Below, one piece after another: positions 37,413 to 49,556 of a stretch of 64,000 nt of DNA; the stretch's first letter is position 1, and each line of letters starts with the position of its first letter. The notes beneath the pieces were generated by a model that was not told where the DNA came from, searched no databases, and saw only the letters and a program-made list of their open reading frames with translations. The position numbers and the translations under genes are program-made. Location of the stretch: assembly GCA_000002445.1 (NCBI GenBank), contig CM000207.1:2993548-3057547 (forward strand), written 5' to 3'. This DNA is from Trypanosoma brucei. Lineage: Eukaryota.

Positions 37413-38935
37413 TAAAAATAATAAAATGCGACTAAACTCACAAGATCAGCGTAAATGAGAGAATATTTCTGATATATAAGGGTACTTGAATCTTTGCAAC
37501 TTTCACCCTCCCATTTGCAACCATCTTTACATACTTTTTCTTCTTTTCCTTTGCATTTCTCTGTTTCTGTTTCCATCCCCTAAGTTTGAGTTTGTGTTGC
37601 AGGGACACCTTTTTCTTTCGTTTTTTCAGCGTAAATTTGCATTTTTTCTTGTCCGCGCCGTCTTTTTGATAAGTGAAATAATCGTTGGCGTTGCACTCAG
37701 TATCTTTTTTTATAGCTTCGCATTCTTTCTTTTTGTCTTGTACTTTCGCTTCAACTTCTTTATCGTTGCTCCGCGGCCCTATCGGTGCTGCAGCGACTAC
37801 TGAAATTTCTGGTTAGTCTTCCTCATAAATTAACCATTTTTCTAGTTGTGTTATCGCTTTTATTTGAGCTACTTACGTCTTATGCATTGCAACCGCTTCT
37901 TCGTGTTTGGTTAGTTTGGTCCCTAGTTCATTAAGGTCCTTGACCCAGTTAATGTCGGTCAATGGGTCGCCGGCTGTATCCGTTATTGTCGAGTATGCGA
38001 CGCAGCCGCCAGTTGTGGTACCGCTGCAGGCGGTTTCGTGTGCACCGAAAAATGATCCCGTGTTCGTTCGCTTGAGTAGGCTGGTGAATGCTGAGATTCT
38101 GCTTTCTAGTTTGCCAGTTTTTAGTAGTGAGGCTTGCGGTTTGTTGCACAGCTTTCTTACCTCGTCTGTGGTGGTTTTCCCGGGGTGTGTTGACGCTGTC
38201 CACGTTCCTGTCAGGGCTGTTCCAGTGTACGCTCTTGCCAGGTTCCCGGCGTTGCCGCCGTCCTCTGCACAAATGCAAGTTAAGACAGCTATCGTAGTTG
38301 TTGCTTTCGTCTCTTTAGCACCCCGACGAAATTTGTTGTTCGTCCGGCCGTTGGGTTATTGAACTACTTTGTCAGAGCAGCCCCTATTGCCGGCTCACCA
38401 TCTTGTCCGTACACAACTTTGTTGATGGTCGGCTGTACGTCCTTTTCATCCAGAAAAATCGCCCGTCGGCGCCTCTCTTTCAGTTTGCAGTTTGATTTCT
38501 TCGCTTTCGCGGCCAGCTTTTGGATGCGGTGCCGTAGCGTCGCCAGATTTTTTGGTTTTATATTCTGTATTTTGTATTTAGCTTTGTGTTTGTCAACCTC
38601 TGCAGGCTTTAGTACTTTTACTGCCTGTTTTTTCCACGCCTCCAACCGCGCGCCAGTCTGGTTTGCGGGTTTTGTCGTCTTCTTTGAAGTCCTTTGCTTC
38701 TTCTTTCTTGTCTCCGTTACGAAACAAGTCTAGCCAGGCTGGCTGCGCTAGGGTCATATTCAGCTCCAGCAGTTCATCTAAGACGTCTTCTAGTGCGGTC
38801 GGTTGCTTTACCACTGTTGAGCGTTCACCTGCTAATTCGATGAGGCCGCAGATGGTAGCTTTTGCGCTTGTTTGCTGTGTTCGCCGATAGCGCAGGTTGT
38901 TTGTCGCGGCATCGCGATGGCGAGAACGGCTATGA
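37413..38935 (-). pseudogene. VSG-10: VSG pseudogene, multiple frameshifts; paralogue of VSG-11
   Basis: The signal peptide MRFFVIAVLAIAMPRQTTCAIG is at ~38935. ORFs 38593..38814 (ALEDVLDELLELNMTLAQPAWLDLFRNGDKKEEAKDF), 38364..38645 and 37949..38278 are in three frames. The tail reads CKWEGESCKDSSTLIYQKYSLIYADLVSLVAFYYF*. Confidence 0.75.
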
Positions 38936-40464
38936 CAAAAAACCGCATCAGAAAGCTGAAGTTCCGTGTTTGAAATGCCATAGAACTTTTGCTGTGGGTG
39001 CTGGGTGTGGTTTGGGAAGTGTGGTTAGGTGTTGTTTGTGAATTTCTTGGGTTTGGTGTTGTGCTTATTTAGCATGTTAGCGTTATATATTCTCCTTTAG
39101 GTATATCTTTGTTGGCTGTTTTATTTAGATCTTGTTACTGATCTTCTTCGACCTCTTCTGAAAGATTTTCTGGTTCTTATGAGATTATAAGGCACCTGAA
39201 TTGATATCCGCTGTATATCAACCACATTTCTTACTGAACGGTAATTGCCAACGCTATCACTGCTAGAATTTTACTCTTTCATATAAATTATCGCTGCAAT
39301 ATCGCGGCTCATTCGTTTTTAAAGCTGGTATTGTGATCTAAAGTCGGCTGCTTTCTCCATATTGTGCTAATATTATAATCCTTTTGGATCATAAACAATG
39401 TTTAATATAATTTCATCAGTCATGTGCGTCCATTGCTGTGCAAAAATAGCCTTGTTTGTTTTCTTTTTATTAGCAGTTTCTTTTTACTGTTTATTGCCTA
39501 TTATTCTGCCCCTTTTGTGGCGGTATCGTGCTACTTTTCCTCTTTTTTTTAGCGCCAAGTTGTGCTCCATAAGTCAACATTAATTTCTTTGCTTGCGTCA
39601 GGTGCTCTTTGCGGCATTGATGTTATAAGTTTGGTGCAATCAATTTTCACTCTAAATGCGCTTGTGTCGTCCCTTCCATTGTGGTTTTATTTGTTGACTT
39701 TACACTCGACGACAAAGAAAGCCGTGATGAAGTTGAAATATCGCTTATGATTTGTTTTCAAAGGGGTATTATATTTTATAAGGCGAATGACATTGACGTT
39801 TTGTAATGCGTCTCGTTTTCAGTGTACTAAATATGCTATTTAACCTAACCTTTTAGACCTACACAAGATATCATCCTAGAACAACAAACTGTTTGCTGCT
39901 ACCTAATAACTTTTCAAATCCACCTTGTTGTAGGCACCACTAAGGCTCAGTGTTATTACACTATCATGTGAAGCAATAATCCTTACATTTCTGTTTTTTG
40001 TTTGTTGCATTGAAGTAGTATTCCGCTTTTTGTTGACCTTTTTAACGTTGGTGCTGTGTATCGTTGTTTGCCAGGTTTATTCTAATCATTAACTGTCTTT
40101 AGTTTCTTCATTTTCCGAGCACTTATTGCAGGTTAGAAACGCGTTTTTAGTCAAATCATACGCCGTTTACTAGCTGCACTCTCCTTGTCATATTTCAGTT
40201 TATCCACAATAGCCATTAGAGGGAAAATAATTTACTCTCCAAAAACGTTCCTCAGAGAAAATTGGAAGTGGCCCTTTTGAATGCTTTTTACCTCATCTGC
40301 TTCTTTATATCAGTTTCAGCTACTCCACTTGGCTTTAATGCTGCGCTGTGTCTCTACCTTATTATCAATTCATTATCTCCTTGTTTATAGTGACTGGCAT
40401 TTTCATGTTTGCATATGCACGTGAGAGCACTCCATCTCCTTCTTTTGCTGTCTTTCTATCTTTC

Positions 40465-40545
40465 CTTTAATAATATTCTTCATGATATCTCTCTCTCTCA
40501 CTCGTTTATTGTCATTATCCTTACTATTACTACTACCACAAAAGA
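40465..40545. repeat. Possible highly degenerate 70-bp repeat (upstream of VSG-10)
   Basis: The call rests on position and composition (ctttaataatattcttcatgatatctctctctctcactcg...ttactattactactacc). It lacks the TGTTGTGAGTGTG core. Confidence 0.35.
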
Positions 40546-40694
40546 TAACCGTAAAATTGACCAAGTAAACAAAACAGAAAAAATAAACAAAATAGCAAAA
40601 TTTTAAATACTGTATCGCCCTACTTCTTTACACCGATAGGAACCAATCATACACATTTCACTAAATTTTTAATTTTTCAAAGTTTGACAAAAAA

Positions 40695-40710
40695 ATGTTA
40701 AAATATATCA
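40695..40710 (-). promoter_or_regulatory. VSG 3'UTR 16-mer variant (VSG-11)
   Basis: atgttaaaatatatca has 1 mismatch. Confidence 0.75.
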
Positions 40711-40732
40711 AATTTTTGTAAATGTTAGAAAA

Positions 40733-42357
40733 TTATCTCAAAATAACAACTTTCACAAAATTAAACAAAAAACTATAAAATATTACCATTCGGGCAAAAT
40801 CATCAGCCATAAAAACCAATTTTTTATTTGCAAGGAAACTGGATACGTAATTTTGGTTAAACTTTTTCCTGTCCATCGATGAAATCAATCAAGCTCAAAC
40901 AGATTTCTTTCCCTCCTTAGGTTTTCCTGGCGCCTTGGAATATTTTTCTTGGTCAGTATACTGGCAACAATTGGGGTCCTCTGTTGCTGCCGCTCCTGCT
41001 CCCCTTTGGGCTTCTTGCTTTATTGCTGTCGTATTAAATTTGCAGTGTTTTCCATCTTTCGCGTCACCGCCCTCCCATTTGCAGTTTCCATTCTTTCTGC
41101 AGAGAGCTGCTTTTTTTATTGCTGCGCAGTTTTTAGTTACCTTTTCCGTTTGGGTGCGCTCTTGTCGTGTTTTGCTGTTTCTATTTGTTGTTGCCGCTCG
41201 CTTTACAGCAGTACCTGCACTAGTTGCTTTTTTGCTTTTAGTTGTCTTGCCGCCTCCCGCCTTATTTGCACTACTTGCTCGTGCTGTCTCAGCTGCGTTG
41301 CTATTGCAGAGAGTCCGCCGACCCACGGGATGTCTGTTACTTTGTCCGTGGTGTCCGTGCCGAGATTGCTGTACTTGACACACATGCCCCCATCTTTTTT
41401 TCCTGTGCATGCGCCGTTGATCGTTTTGCCTAGGGTTGCTTGACCGCTTTTCCTTGCTATCAATCCAGTGACTGCCGCTAACCTTGTTTCTAGGGAAGCG
41501 GCTGATAGTCTATGTTTGGTTTTGAGATCGCAGAGCTTTACAGGCTGTGAGATTACTGTTGCCGTTGGTGCAGACGTGGGGTTCCAGTCAGTTGTCAGTC
41601 CTGTTGTGTGTTCACAGGCTTTTTGTTCGTTGCCGGCTTTAGATTCGTCTGCCGTGCAGACGCAAATCAGGGCCGCCGTTACTGTTGTTGCCTTGTTGGT
41701 TGTCGTTGTCCCTGCGCAATAGCCTTCTCGCGTTCCACCCGGTGTTGTTGCAAATAGCTTCGCCGCCGCAGTGGGTGGTTCTGCTGCTGGTGTTTCTCCG
41801 TACACTTGCTTGTTTATGAGTGTTTTGACCTTATCTTCTGTCAGTAGGTCGCTGTCCGGGGTTTCGGCTAATGCTAACGTTTCTATTGCTTCAGCCTCGG
41901 CGGCTATCCTAGCGACTGCTTCCAGTATTGACAGACGCTGCTCCTGTGTCAGTGCTTGGTGTTTGTGTTTTGTCAATGCGTCTTCCTGGTCGCTTGGTTT
42001 TAATAGCAGCTCAGCCGCCCTTTTCTATTTCGGCCACTTTCCGGGCCAATCTTTGTTCACCGCGAAGTCTGCTTGCGGAAAGTCACGCGGCTTTTCCCTG
42101 GCGTCTGGCTGCCGGAAAATGTCAAGCCAGCTACTATCTGCCAGCGACATATTTAGCTCTAGAAGATCTGCCAGGTCTGTATCGAGCCGCGATTTGCTCG
42201 ACTCCAGTGCTGCGCGGTCATTTTATAATTCGATTAAGCCGCAGAGGGCACCTCGCTACCACACGTTGTCGTCTTTTCCTACGTTTCCTCGCGCGGTGTG
42301 CGTTGTTAGAACTATGGCAATAACTATCGCCACTTGTAGATGACTGCCGCGTCTTTG
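40733..42357 (-). pseudogene. VSG-11: VSG pseudogene, paralogue of VSG-10
   Basis: The signal peptide MPPLPQRRGSHLQVAIVIAIVLTTHTARG is at ~42357. The reverse complement of 42100-42240 gives LEDLADLLELNMSLADSSWLDIFRQPDAREKPRDF (compare VSG-10). ORF 41203..41976(-) is N-terminal domain. ORF 40895..41410(-) is C-terminal domain (NGNCKWEGGDAKDGKHCKF). The tail VSSFLANKKLVFMADDFARMVIFYSF... is degenerate. Confidence 0.75.
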
Positions 42358-43631
42358 TGGCAGTGGCGGCATTACGACGTTTACTAGTTTCTTCTTTTTA
42401 AAGGATGTGCGTTGAAGCTGAGGCGTTGGTTTTTTTTGTTACAGTTTGGTGCTATAGAAGATTGCCATTTTCTGTTCAGTGCCTTTCCGACCTTTTAGAG
42501 TAGCCAAAGCTAGAGTTCTTTTGTTTAACGCTGAATCGGTAACGATTATAAAATGGAAGTGCTTTTCTTTTGTGCTGGTTTAGTAAGATGATCTTGTTGC
42601 CTTATAGAAGATGAATGTGACCTTCTATGGGCAATCTCCATAAGTTGAAAACTAATTGAGCTTTTGGTGTCTTTTTTACACCTACAGCAGCCAACGCATC
42701 CTTTGAACACTGGATTTATAAAATTACGCTCAAAAACGTCCTAAATATTGGTTTTAGGTATATTTTAACTCTTAATTCTAATATACGTCACTCTATATCT
42801 ATAACTATTGCATCTTTCCTTCACATTCCCAATTCCCTACCTGTTTGCTTTTAAAAACTTTAGAGAGGTCTGTAAATGTAAAAAAAATGGAATTTATGAT
42901 TTTCACTCTCTTCTATCAACTTCTGCATCCTATGTTTTCCCTGAACTTCGAAGCACAAGATAACACTGTTGCTTCTCACACACGTGGCCCCTTTTTTCCT
43001 TTTTTTTTGGAGTGGTGATACTGAGTTCCTCAGACGTTCGAAATTGAAAATTTCTGTGTAGACGTATGCTGCTAATCTTGGTCTTGCGGTTACCATTATA
43101 TGTGATACGCTTGTTTTAAACTGTTTTATCGCCGGCCCGTATATCAACACGGGTTTTTTGATATCGCCATTAATTTTCTATATTTTATAGAAATAGTCTG
43201 CGGTTACATCTGCGTGTATTATTGTTCTCTCATTGCTTCTTCCCGCCGGGGGTTCGGTCAGCCACCTACTCCTCAGTATTCACCATGCACGCCGTGCTAT
43301 ATGCATTGCTTGTGCCGCTTCGATGTGTTTCGCCGTGGTCTGGATTTGGCTTTATACCCTGGCGATGCCGGCCACCTCAACGTGGTGCCAGGGTCCAGTA
43401 CACCGTATCATCGGGGGAATCCAAGAGCCAGCAGCGTTCCTCTCATGGGGAACACTGCTTTGCTCCGGCTACGGCATCATACAGTACAGGGATCAGCAGC
43501 GTCTTGCTGGGACACCGTTTTTCATTTGTCCGTCCCTGGGCACGTGCCAGCGTGCCATCAGCAGTATCATCCGCACTAAGATGCTGCTGTCCGGTGATGT
43601 GGAAAAAAATCCCAGTCCGTCGTTGCGCGGG

Positions 43632-44555
43632 ATGCAGTGGAACTGCGCCGGGCTATATCAAGGAAAGAGATTAGCACTCCACAAAACCCTTGTTGATGAG
43701 CGGATCGCCTTTTGTCTGTTGAGCGAGACAAGGATGACGCCTGGAGAGGCGGCTTGCTTTAGCGTTGCTGGCTACCAACATCACTGAATAGCTCGTAACT
43801 GCAAATGAGGTGGTGTATCAATACTAGTGAGGGAGGACCTACCAGTCGAGACCGGTATGGCCGTTGTTGGTCGCATTGAACAAGTGCATGCAACAATTCA
43901 CCTTGCACGTGGAACGGCGCTGACTGTCACGTCGGCATACATCCCACCAAAACACACCTTCACGGCAACTGACCTAGATACGCTTCTGACGACTGACGGT
44001 GCCCAGCTCATCGGTGCAGACGCTAACGCACACGCGTTGGCATAGGATCGCGCGAACCCACCAAATACAAAGGGTGAAACCCTCACACAGTGGTGCATTG
44101 ACAACCAGTTTCTGGTCTGTAACACTGGTGAGTGCACCAGGTACGCACGCCACCACGGGGAGTCCACCCCTGATGTGACACTGTCAAGGAATTGTACAGT
44201 GTACACGTGGACATCGCTGTATTCTCCCGATAGCGATCACCATCACATATTTTTCGACGTTATCGTTGGAGACGGCACAGATGCACTGAGTTGCCCGCGG
44301 CTTCGAAAGCCCATGTACGCATGACTAAAAGCTGACTGGAAGAATTTCCGTCTCAAGGTTGACGAGTACTGCAGGAAAATTGGTAGAGAGAAGAACGTCA
44401 ACACCCTGGAACAGAAATTAAGCTCCACTATCCGCACTGCGACGAAGTTCTCCGTCCCCCGTGGCTGCAGAGCAACGCCACCACATTGGACACCTGAGCT
44501 CGCGAAACTCGATGAAGAGATTGCTGGATGCGGACTCTCCCACCGAAGGGAAAAG
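43632..44555 (+). pseudogene. ingi-2 AP-endonuclease domain region (multiple stops)
   Basis: ORFs 43233..43787 (..MQWNCAGLYQGKRLALHKTLVDERIAFCLLSETRM) and 43827..44045 carry APE-like motifs. The frame is broken several times. Confidence 0.65.
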
Positions 44556-45608
44556 TTGGTAGCCACGCGTAAGCAGATCCTGGACCGTACCACAAAAAAG
44601 AGATGGAGCACGCTATGCTCCAGACTTGCGGTGTCAGACCGCTGCAGTTGGCACATTGTCAAGAAGGTATATGCGCCACGACCACTAACCACACCGGCTG
44701 TACTTGTTGATAACGCGGCCATCACGGACTACTGTCAAGCTGAGAGGTTCAGTAAACTGTACTCGTCTCAAGCAAGAAGGCATCCCGACTCACACCCACC
44801 ATCACCCATAAAGACGACAGAGAGTGAGTTCAGTCCCATCACGATGGCTGAACTACGGAGATCGATCAAACTGCTACCGAGTGGATCCGCAGCCGGACCT
44901 GATTGCTTATACAACGAGGCACTGCAACATCTCGGTAGAACAGCGCTGAATGTTGTTCTGAGGCTATTCAATGAGAGCCTACGAACGGGAGTCGTGCCGC
45001 CTGCATGGAAGACTGGTGTTATCATCCCCATCCTGAAGGCCGGAAAAAAGGCGGAGGACCTCGATTCTTACAGGCCTGTGACGCTCACGAGCTGTCTCTG
45101 CAAAGTCATGGAGCGCATAATTGCCGCGAGGCTTAGAGACACTGTTGAGTCCCAGCTGACGCCGCAGCAATCAGGCTTTCGCCCCGGATGCTCAACACTC
45201 GAACAACTCCTGCAGGTCGGTGCTGCCCTTTGCCGCCCCACGCACCATAATCGTACGGGTGCTGTATTCGTTGACTACGAGAAGGCAATTGATGCAGTAG
45301 ACCACGACAAAATTGCGAGGGAAATGCACAGAATGAAGGTATCACCCCACATTGTGAAGTGGTGCGTATCATTTCTGAGTAACCGAACTGGCAGAGTGAG
45401 ATTCAAGGAGAAGCTTTCCAGAAGCAGAACATTTGAGCGAGGAGTGCCACAGGGAACTGTCCTTGGCCCAATCATGTTCATTATTGTCATGAACTCGTTG
45501 AGCCAACGCCTTGCAGAAGTGCCGTTACTGCAGCACAGATTCTTTGCAGACGACCTGAAGCTACTTGCGAGGCACACAGAGAGGGATGTCATCAACCACA
45601 CACTATAG
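44556..45608 (+). pseudogene. ingi-2 reverse transcriptase domain (350-aa ORF segment)
   Basis: PQQSGFRPGCST, AVFVDYEKAIDAVDH (motif A) and RFFADDLKLLA (motif C, FADD). It ends at TAG 45609. Confidence 0.85.
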
Positions 45609-45620
45609 TGCGGCCTCAAC

Positions 45621-46859
45621 GTGGTGTTACAGTGGTCAAAAGAGTACTTCATGTCTATCAACGTAGCGAAAACAGAGTGCACACTCTTCGGGTGTATAGA
45701 GCGCCACCCCCTTACATCACAACTAGACGGCGAAAGAATAGGAGCTGACAGGACACCGAAGCTTCTAGGAGTAACATTCCAGTGTCTGCAGGGGATGGCA
45801 ACACATGCAGCCGAAACGAGACGCAAGATGGACTTCCGACTACTGCAGATAGCAGCCATCTCAGCTTCTACATGGGGGCCAAGACGACAAGTACTGAGAG
45901 CTTTTTATCTAGCACTCGTACAGGCACACACCATGTATGGCATTGAGGTATGGTACTGGGACGCTTCGGAACGAAGTCGCGACCTCCTTGCAGCAGCACA
46001 ACACAAGGGTAGTCGCATCATAGCTGGCATACCGCATGGGACGCGCAAAGAGGACTCTCTGCTGGAAGCAAACCTCCTGCCACTCAAGACGGCCACTCTT
46101 GTGCGCAGCATGAAATTCATGCTGATGTGTGAGTCACGAGGCGGATGTTTGCGGCGCAGTGCTGAAGAAGTATACCACAGCAAACATGCAGTCAGAGCCC
46201 TACATTCCCGCATCATGCGGTCCTACCCCCACCTCCGCATTGAGCCACGCGAGCACCCACTAGAGACAGCGACGCTCCGCCACAGCTGCCGACCGATGTT
46301 TCACACGCAGATAAAGCCTGTGTGCGCTGATGACCCTGACGATGTCAAAAGGGAGGCTTCCGAAAAGTGGATTGCACGGCATTTTGCACGGAGGGGGAAG
46401 GAGCCACCGCGGCGAGAGCACTACGAATTGTGGACTGATGGATCCGTGTCCCTCGGTGAGAAGTCCGGAGCAGCTGCCCTGCTCTATAGAAACAACACGC
46501 TGATTTGCGCACCCAAAACGGGAGCAGGGGAACTCTCATGCAGTTACAGAGCGGAATGCGTAGCATTAGAGATAGAACTGCAACGGCTGCTGAAATGGCT
46601 TCCGGCATACAGAAGCACACCGAGCAGGTTGTTCATCTTCTCTGACTCGCTGTCAATGTTAACAGCACTGCAGACAGGCCCCCTAGCCGTAACGGACCCA
46701 ATTCTGAGACGACTATGGAGGCTTCTGCTTCAAGTTCAGAGAAGGAAGGTGCGCATCCGACTGCAATTTGTGTTCGGCCACTGTGGTGTGAAACGGAATG
46801 AGGTTTGTGACGAAATGGCCAAAAAGGCCGCAGATTTACCACAGTTTCGAGACACATAG
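45621..46859 (+). pseudogene. ingi-2 RT C-terminal / RNase H segment (412 aa)
   Basis: HYELWTDGSVSLGEKSGAAALLYRNN...SYRAECVALEIELQ...IFSDSLSML. It is terminated by TAG at 46857-46859. Confidence 0.85.
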
Positions 46860-47834
46860 ATCCCCGACATCATTGCTTATGCGAAGCGAGTGCTTAGGTC
46901 GGAAGAAGTCCATGATAACACTCATAGGTTTGGTATCACGGGCAACCACTTTCCAACAAAACATAAAGAAGAACTAACGAGGGAAGAAGAAACGGCACTG
47001 GCACGCTTTCGGGTTGGGTTTTCAAGGCACTATGGATGGATGTTGCGAAAGATTAACCCGAGTGTGCCTCCACAGTGCCGATGGTGTAACCCGCAACATG
47101 CAGCGATAGGACCAACAATACAAACAGCCCCAACTGTTGTGACACGCACTCTTCAGAGAACCTCCGAACCGACCAAATGTACGGAATGTGATGCCACATA
47201 CCAATGCCGCTCGAGTGCTGTAACGCACATGGTAAACAAACACGGCTTTGTGCGAGCTGATGCCCTCCGGAGGATCAAATACGGTGATGCAACACCTGGA
47301 GTGGATATCCCCCCGGAGCCCCCTCCAGTGGTGGCAATCGTTCCTCTACCATCAAGCACACGAGTCCCGATGAGACCGCAGGTGCTTCATTGTACCCTCT
47401 GTGCCTCCAAATTCGCAGTGCCAGGCCGACTATTACACCACCTTAGAACAGTACATGGCATAGGCAGCGGTAGTTGCCGCGTGAAAAGGGGGCGAGAGAA
47501 CGAGGACTCATTGCAAGGAGATGGTAGCGCCCCAGCAGCGCCAGCCTCTCAGGATACACGGAAGCTGCCGTTTCAATGTGACCTGTGCGAGGCGAGCTTC
47601 GGTACACGCTCTTCCCTGTCACTACACAACAAATTCAAACATAAAAGCATAGTGACGGAGGACGGTACTGTGGTGGTGGTGCAATTCCCCCGTAAGCGTG
47701 CCCGTGAAGGAAACGTTGACGTCCCGGGGAAAGGCGAGGAGCAGTGTGGTGTGCGCCAAAAAGTGCTCAGTTGCAGGGACTCCCTCATCCGACACTGTAA
47801 GGCTTTCCATAAAGGTGAGAGAGTCGAGCTTTAA
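46860..47834 (+). pseudogene. ingi-2 C2H2 zinc-finger C-terminal segment
   Basis: ORF 46890..47834: CTLCASKFAVPGRLLHHLRTVHG, CDLCEASFGTRSSLSLHNKFKHKS, CGVRQKVLSCRDSLIRHCKAFHKG. Confidence 0.8.
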
Positions 47835-48612
47835 TGCAGCAAAAGCACAGAATTGTGTGTCACTGATTCCCCACATACAAACACATCCATGTTGGTGTGC
47901 CTGACATGCGGAAGGCAGTGTGCTAGCAGAACTGGCCTCACCCTACATCAAAATAAGATGCACAGTATGAAGGTAGAGCGCGCTGTTACCAGACAACGCG
48001 GCGACTGCAAAGAAACGTCGCTGCACTTGATGAGCTGTCCCGGTTTGAAGGAATTACGTGTCAGGTTTGCGGTGGAAGGCGTGTGTGTGTGCAGAATGTA
48101 TGTTTCTCCAAAAGGCTGGCGCAATTTCTCATTGCCGTTGAACGGAGCCGGCCGCAGGTGAAGTCCTCCCCTAATGTATCAGTCATACAACCCACTCTCC
48201 ATTCTGCAACTTCCCCCCTTATTGCCGAGTGTGGAGCTAGCAGGAAAAGCACCGGATGTAGGAATAGTCCAGACACCCTCAGAGACAGAGGGGGTATGCA
48301 ATCAACAAGCAACAGAAACAGAAAAAGGGGAAGAGAATAATAAACGAATAACAAAAATCAAAACAAAAGGATTGCTAATTGACATCTTTTGGAGAGTCCG
48401 GAGTGGGGGGCTTCTCGCCCCATCTGCTGTATTCCGTTCAACTGCGGAGCTACAACAAAAAATTATAGAGAGTGTATTAGGCTGAATAAAAAAAAAGGGA
48501 GACTCTGCCACAGTCGCCAGACCGATAGCATCTCAGGATTCTACGGTGATGGCTGATGGCCGCGCCAGTGGGGGAAAACTCTCTTAAAGGCACAATGAAA
48601 ATTTTTAAAAAA

Positions 48613-49556
48613 TTGTGTTCGGTTGTTTCGCCTGTGGTTAGCATGTTGTATAGTCTCCGTGCTTGCGTCGATTCCTGGACGTCGCTGAGAGTCATGTCAG
48701 TTGGCCGGCCTTCCGCGTACATTTAGGCTGCGCTTGGTTCGTTGACAGCGTGGTAAAGCTTTATGTACGGTTCTGGGGCGTTTTTGGTGTTGGTCGCGGA
48801 CCACCCTGTCAGGTCTTTGTACGTCGCTGTTGCACTTTTGGCTGTTACAGTCAGGTATCCTGCTGCATATGCTAGGTTGTCTGCTGTTTGTGCGCCATTT
48901 GCCATTCCTCCGCTGTTGTCGGTGTCGAACAGGGTGGACTTTGTTGTTGTGCCCCCTGGGCTTGTTTCGCCGGCTGAGCTACCCAGCGCTGCAAAGCCTG
49001 TCACCGAGATGAGCGTTTGTCTGCCCGTGCCTGTTTCGTCTATTGCCTCCTGGTTGGGCCCACAGGCGCCCAGGCCTTCGACAGTGGAGATTGTATTGGT
49101 GTTGTCTTTCGCAATGCATCCGACGTTACTTTGCCCGTTGTTGCCACTTTGTGCCGCGATTGTCATAAATTCCGACAGATGACCGTTTCGGAATGCTGAC
49201 GTCCCCGCTATTTTTACAGCTGTCGTTGCAATGTTGCCTAGGTCAGTTATTTTTGATCGTCTTTTGTCTGCGAACATTTCTAGAAGTGGAAGCATCATCT
49301 TTCTGAATTCAAGATTTTGTTGTACGTATATTTGAAGCTTTAACTCCTCTTCCTGCAGCTTTTTTCTGTCAAGAGCCGACTACGGAGTGCAGCCGCAACT
49401 TGTTTTGGTAGCTTGGGTAGTTCCGTATTCAGCGCACATATCTGCGCTTTTTTTTCCGTTTTCAGCGCTTCACCGTCTGCCGCCCGTGCATTTCTAGGCA
49501 GAATCAATAGTAAAACTAGCGTGCTAGCTGCGAGGACGTCAATAGCTATCTTCATT
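48613..49556 (-). pseudogene. VSG-12: 3'-truncated VSG N-terminal fragment abutting ingi-2 poly(A) end
   Basis: ORF 49340..49699(-) contains MKIAIDVLAASTLVLLLILPRNARAADGEALKTEKKAQICALNTELPKLPKQVAAALRS (signal plus N-terminal domain start, ~49556). ORF 48723..49298(-) is N-terminal domain in another frame. There is no C-terminal domain, GPI signal or 16-mer between it and the ingi-2 3' end. Confidence 0.75.

Larger units (their letters stand above)
43357..48612 (+). mobile_element. ingi-2: full-length ingi non-LTR retrotransposon (~5.26 kb) with disrupted ORF
   Basis: It starts ccctggcgatgccggccacctcaacgtggtgccagggtccagtacaccgtatcatcgggggaatccaagagccagcagcg, the conserved ~79-nt ingi/RIME/L1Tc 5' signature. 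The ORF modules in order are AP endonuclease (MQWNCAGL), RT (FVDYEKAID, FADDL), RNase H (WTDGSV/RAECVALE/FSDSLS) and C2H2 fingers. The 3' end is gaaaatttttaaaaaa at 48612. In-frame stops are at 45609 (TAG) and 46857-46859 (TAG where copy 1 has TGG). Confidence 0.9.

Noticed and set aside
43214..43356. Extending ingi-2 143 bp further 5' because ORF 43233..43787 begins upstream of the signature
   Set aside because: The ccctggcg... 79-nt signature marks the canonical 5' end of ingi/RIME. The upstream ORF extension is probably a read-through frame. This stays uncertain without a consensus alignment.
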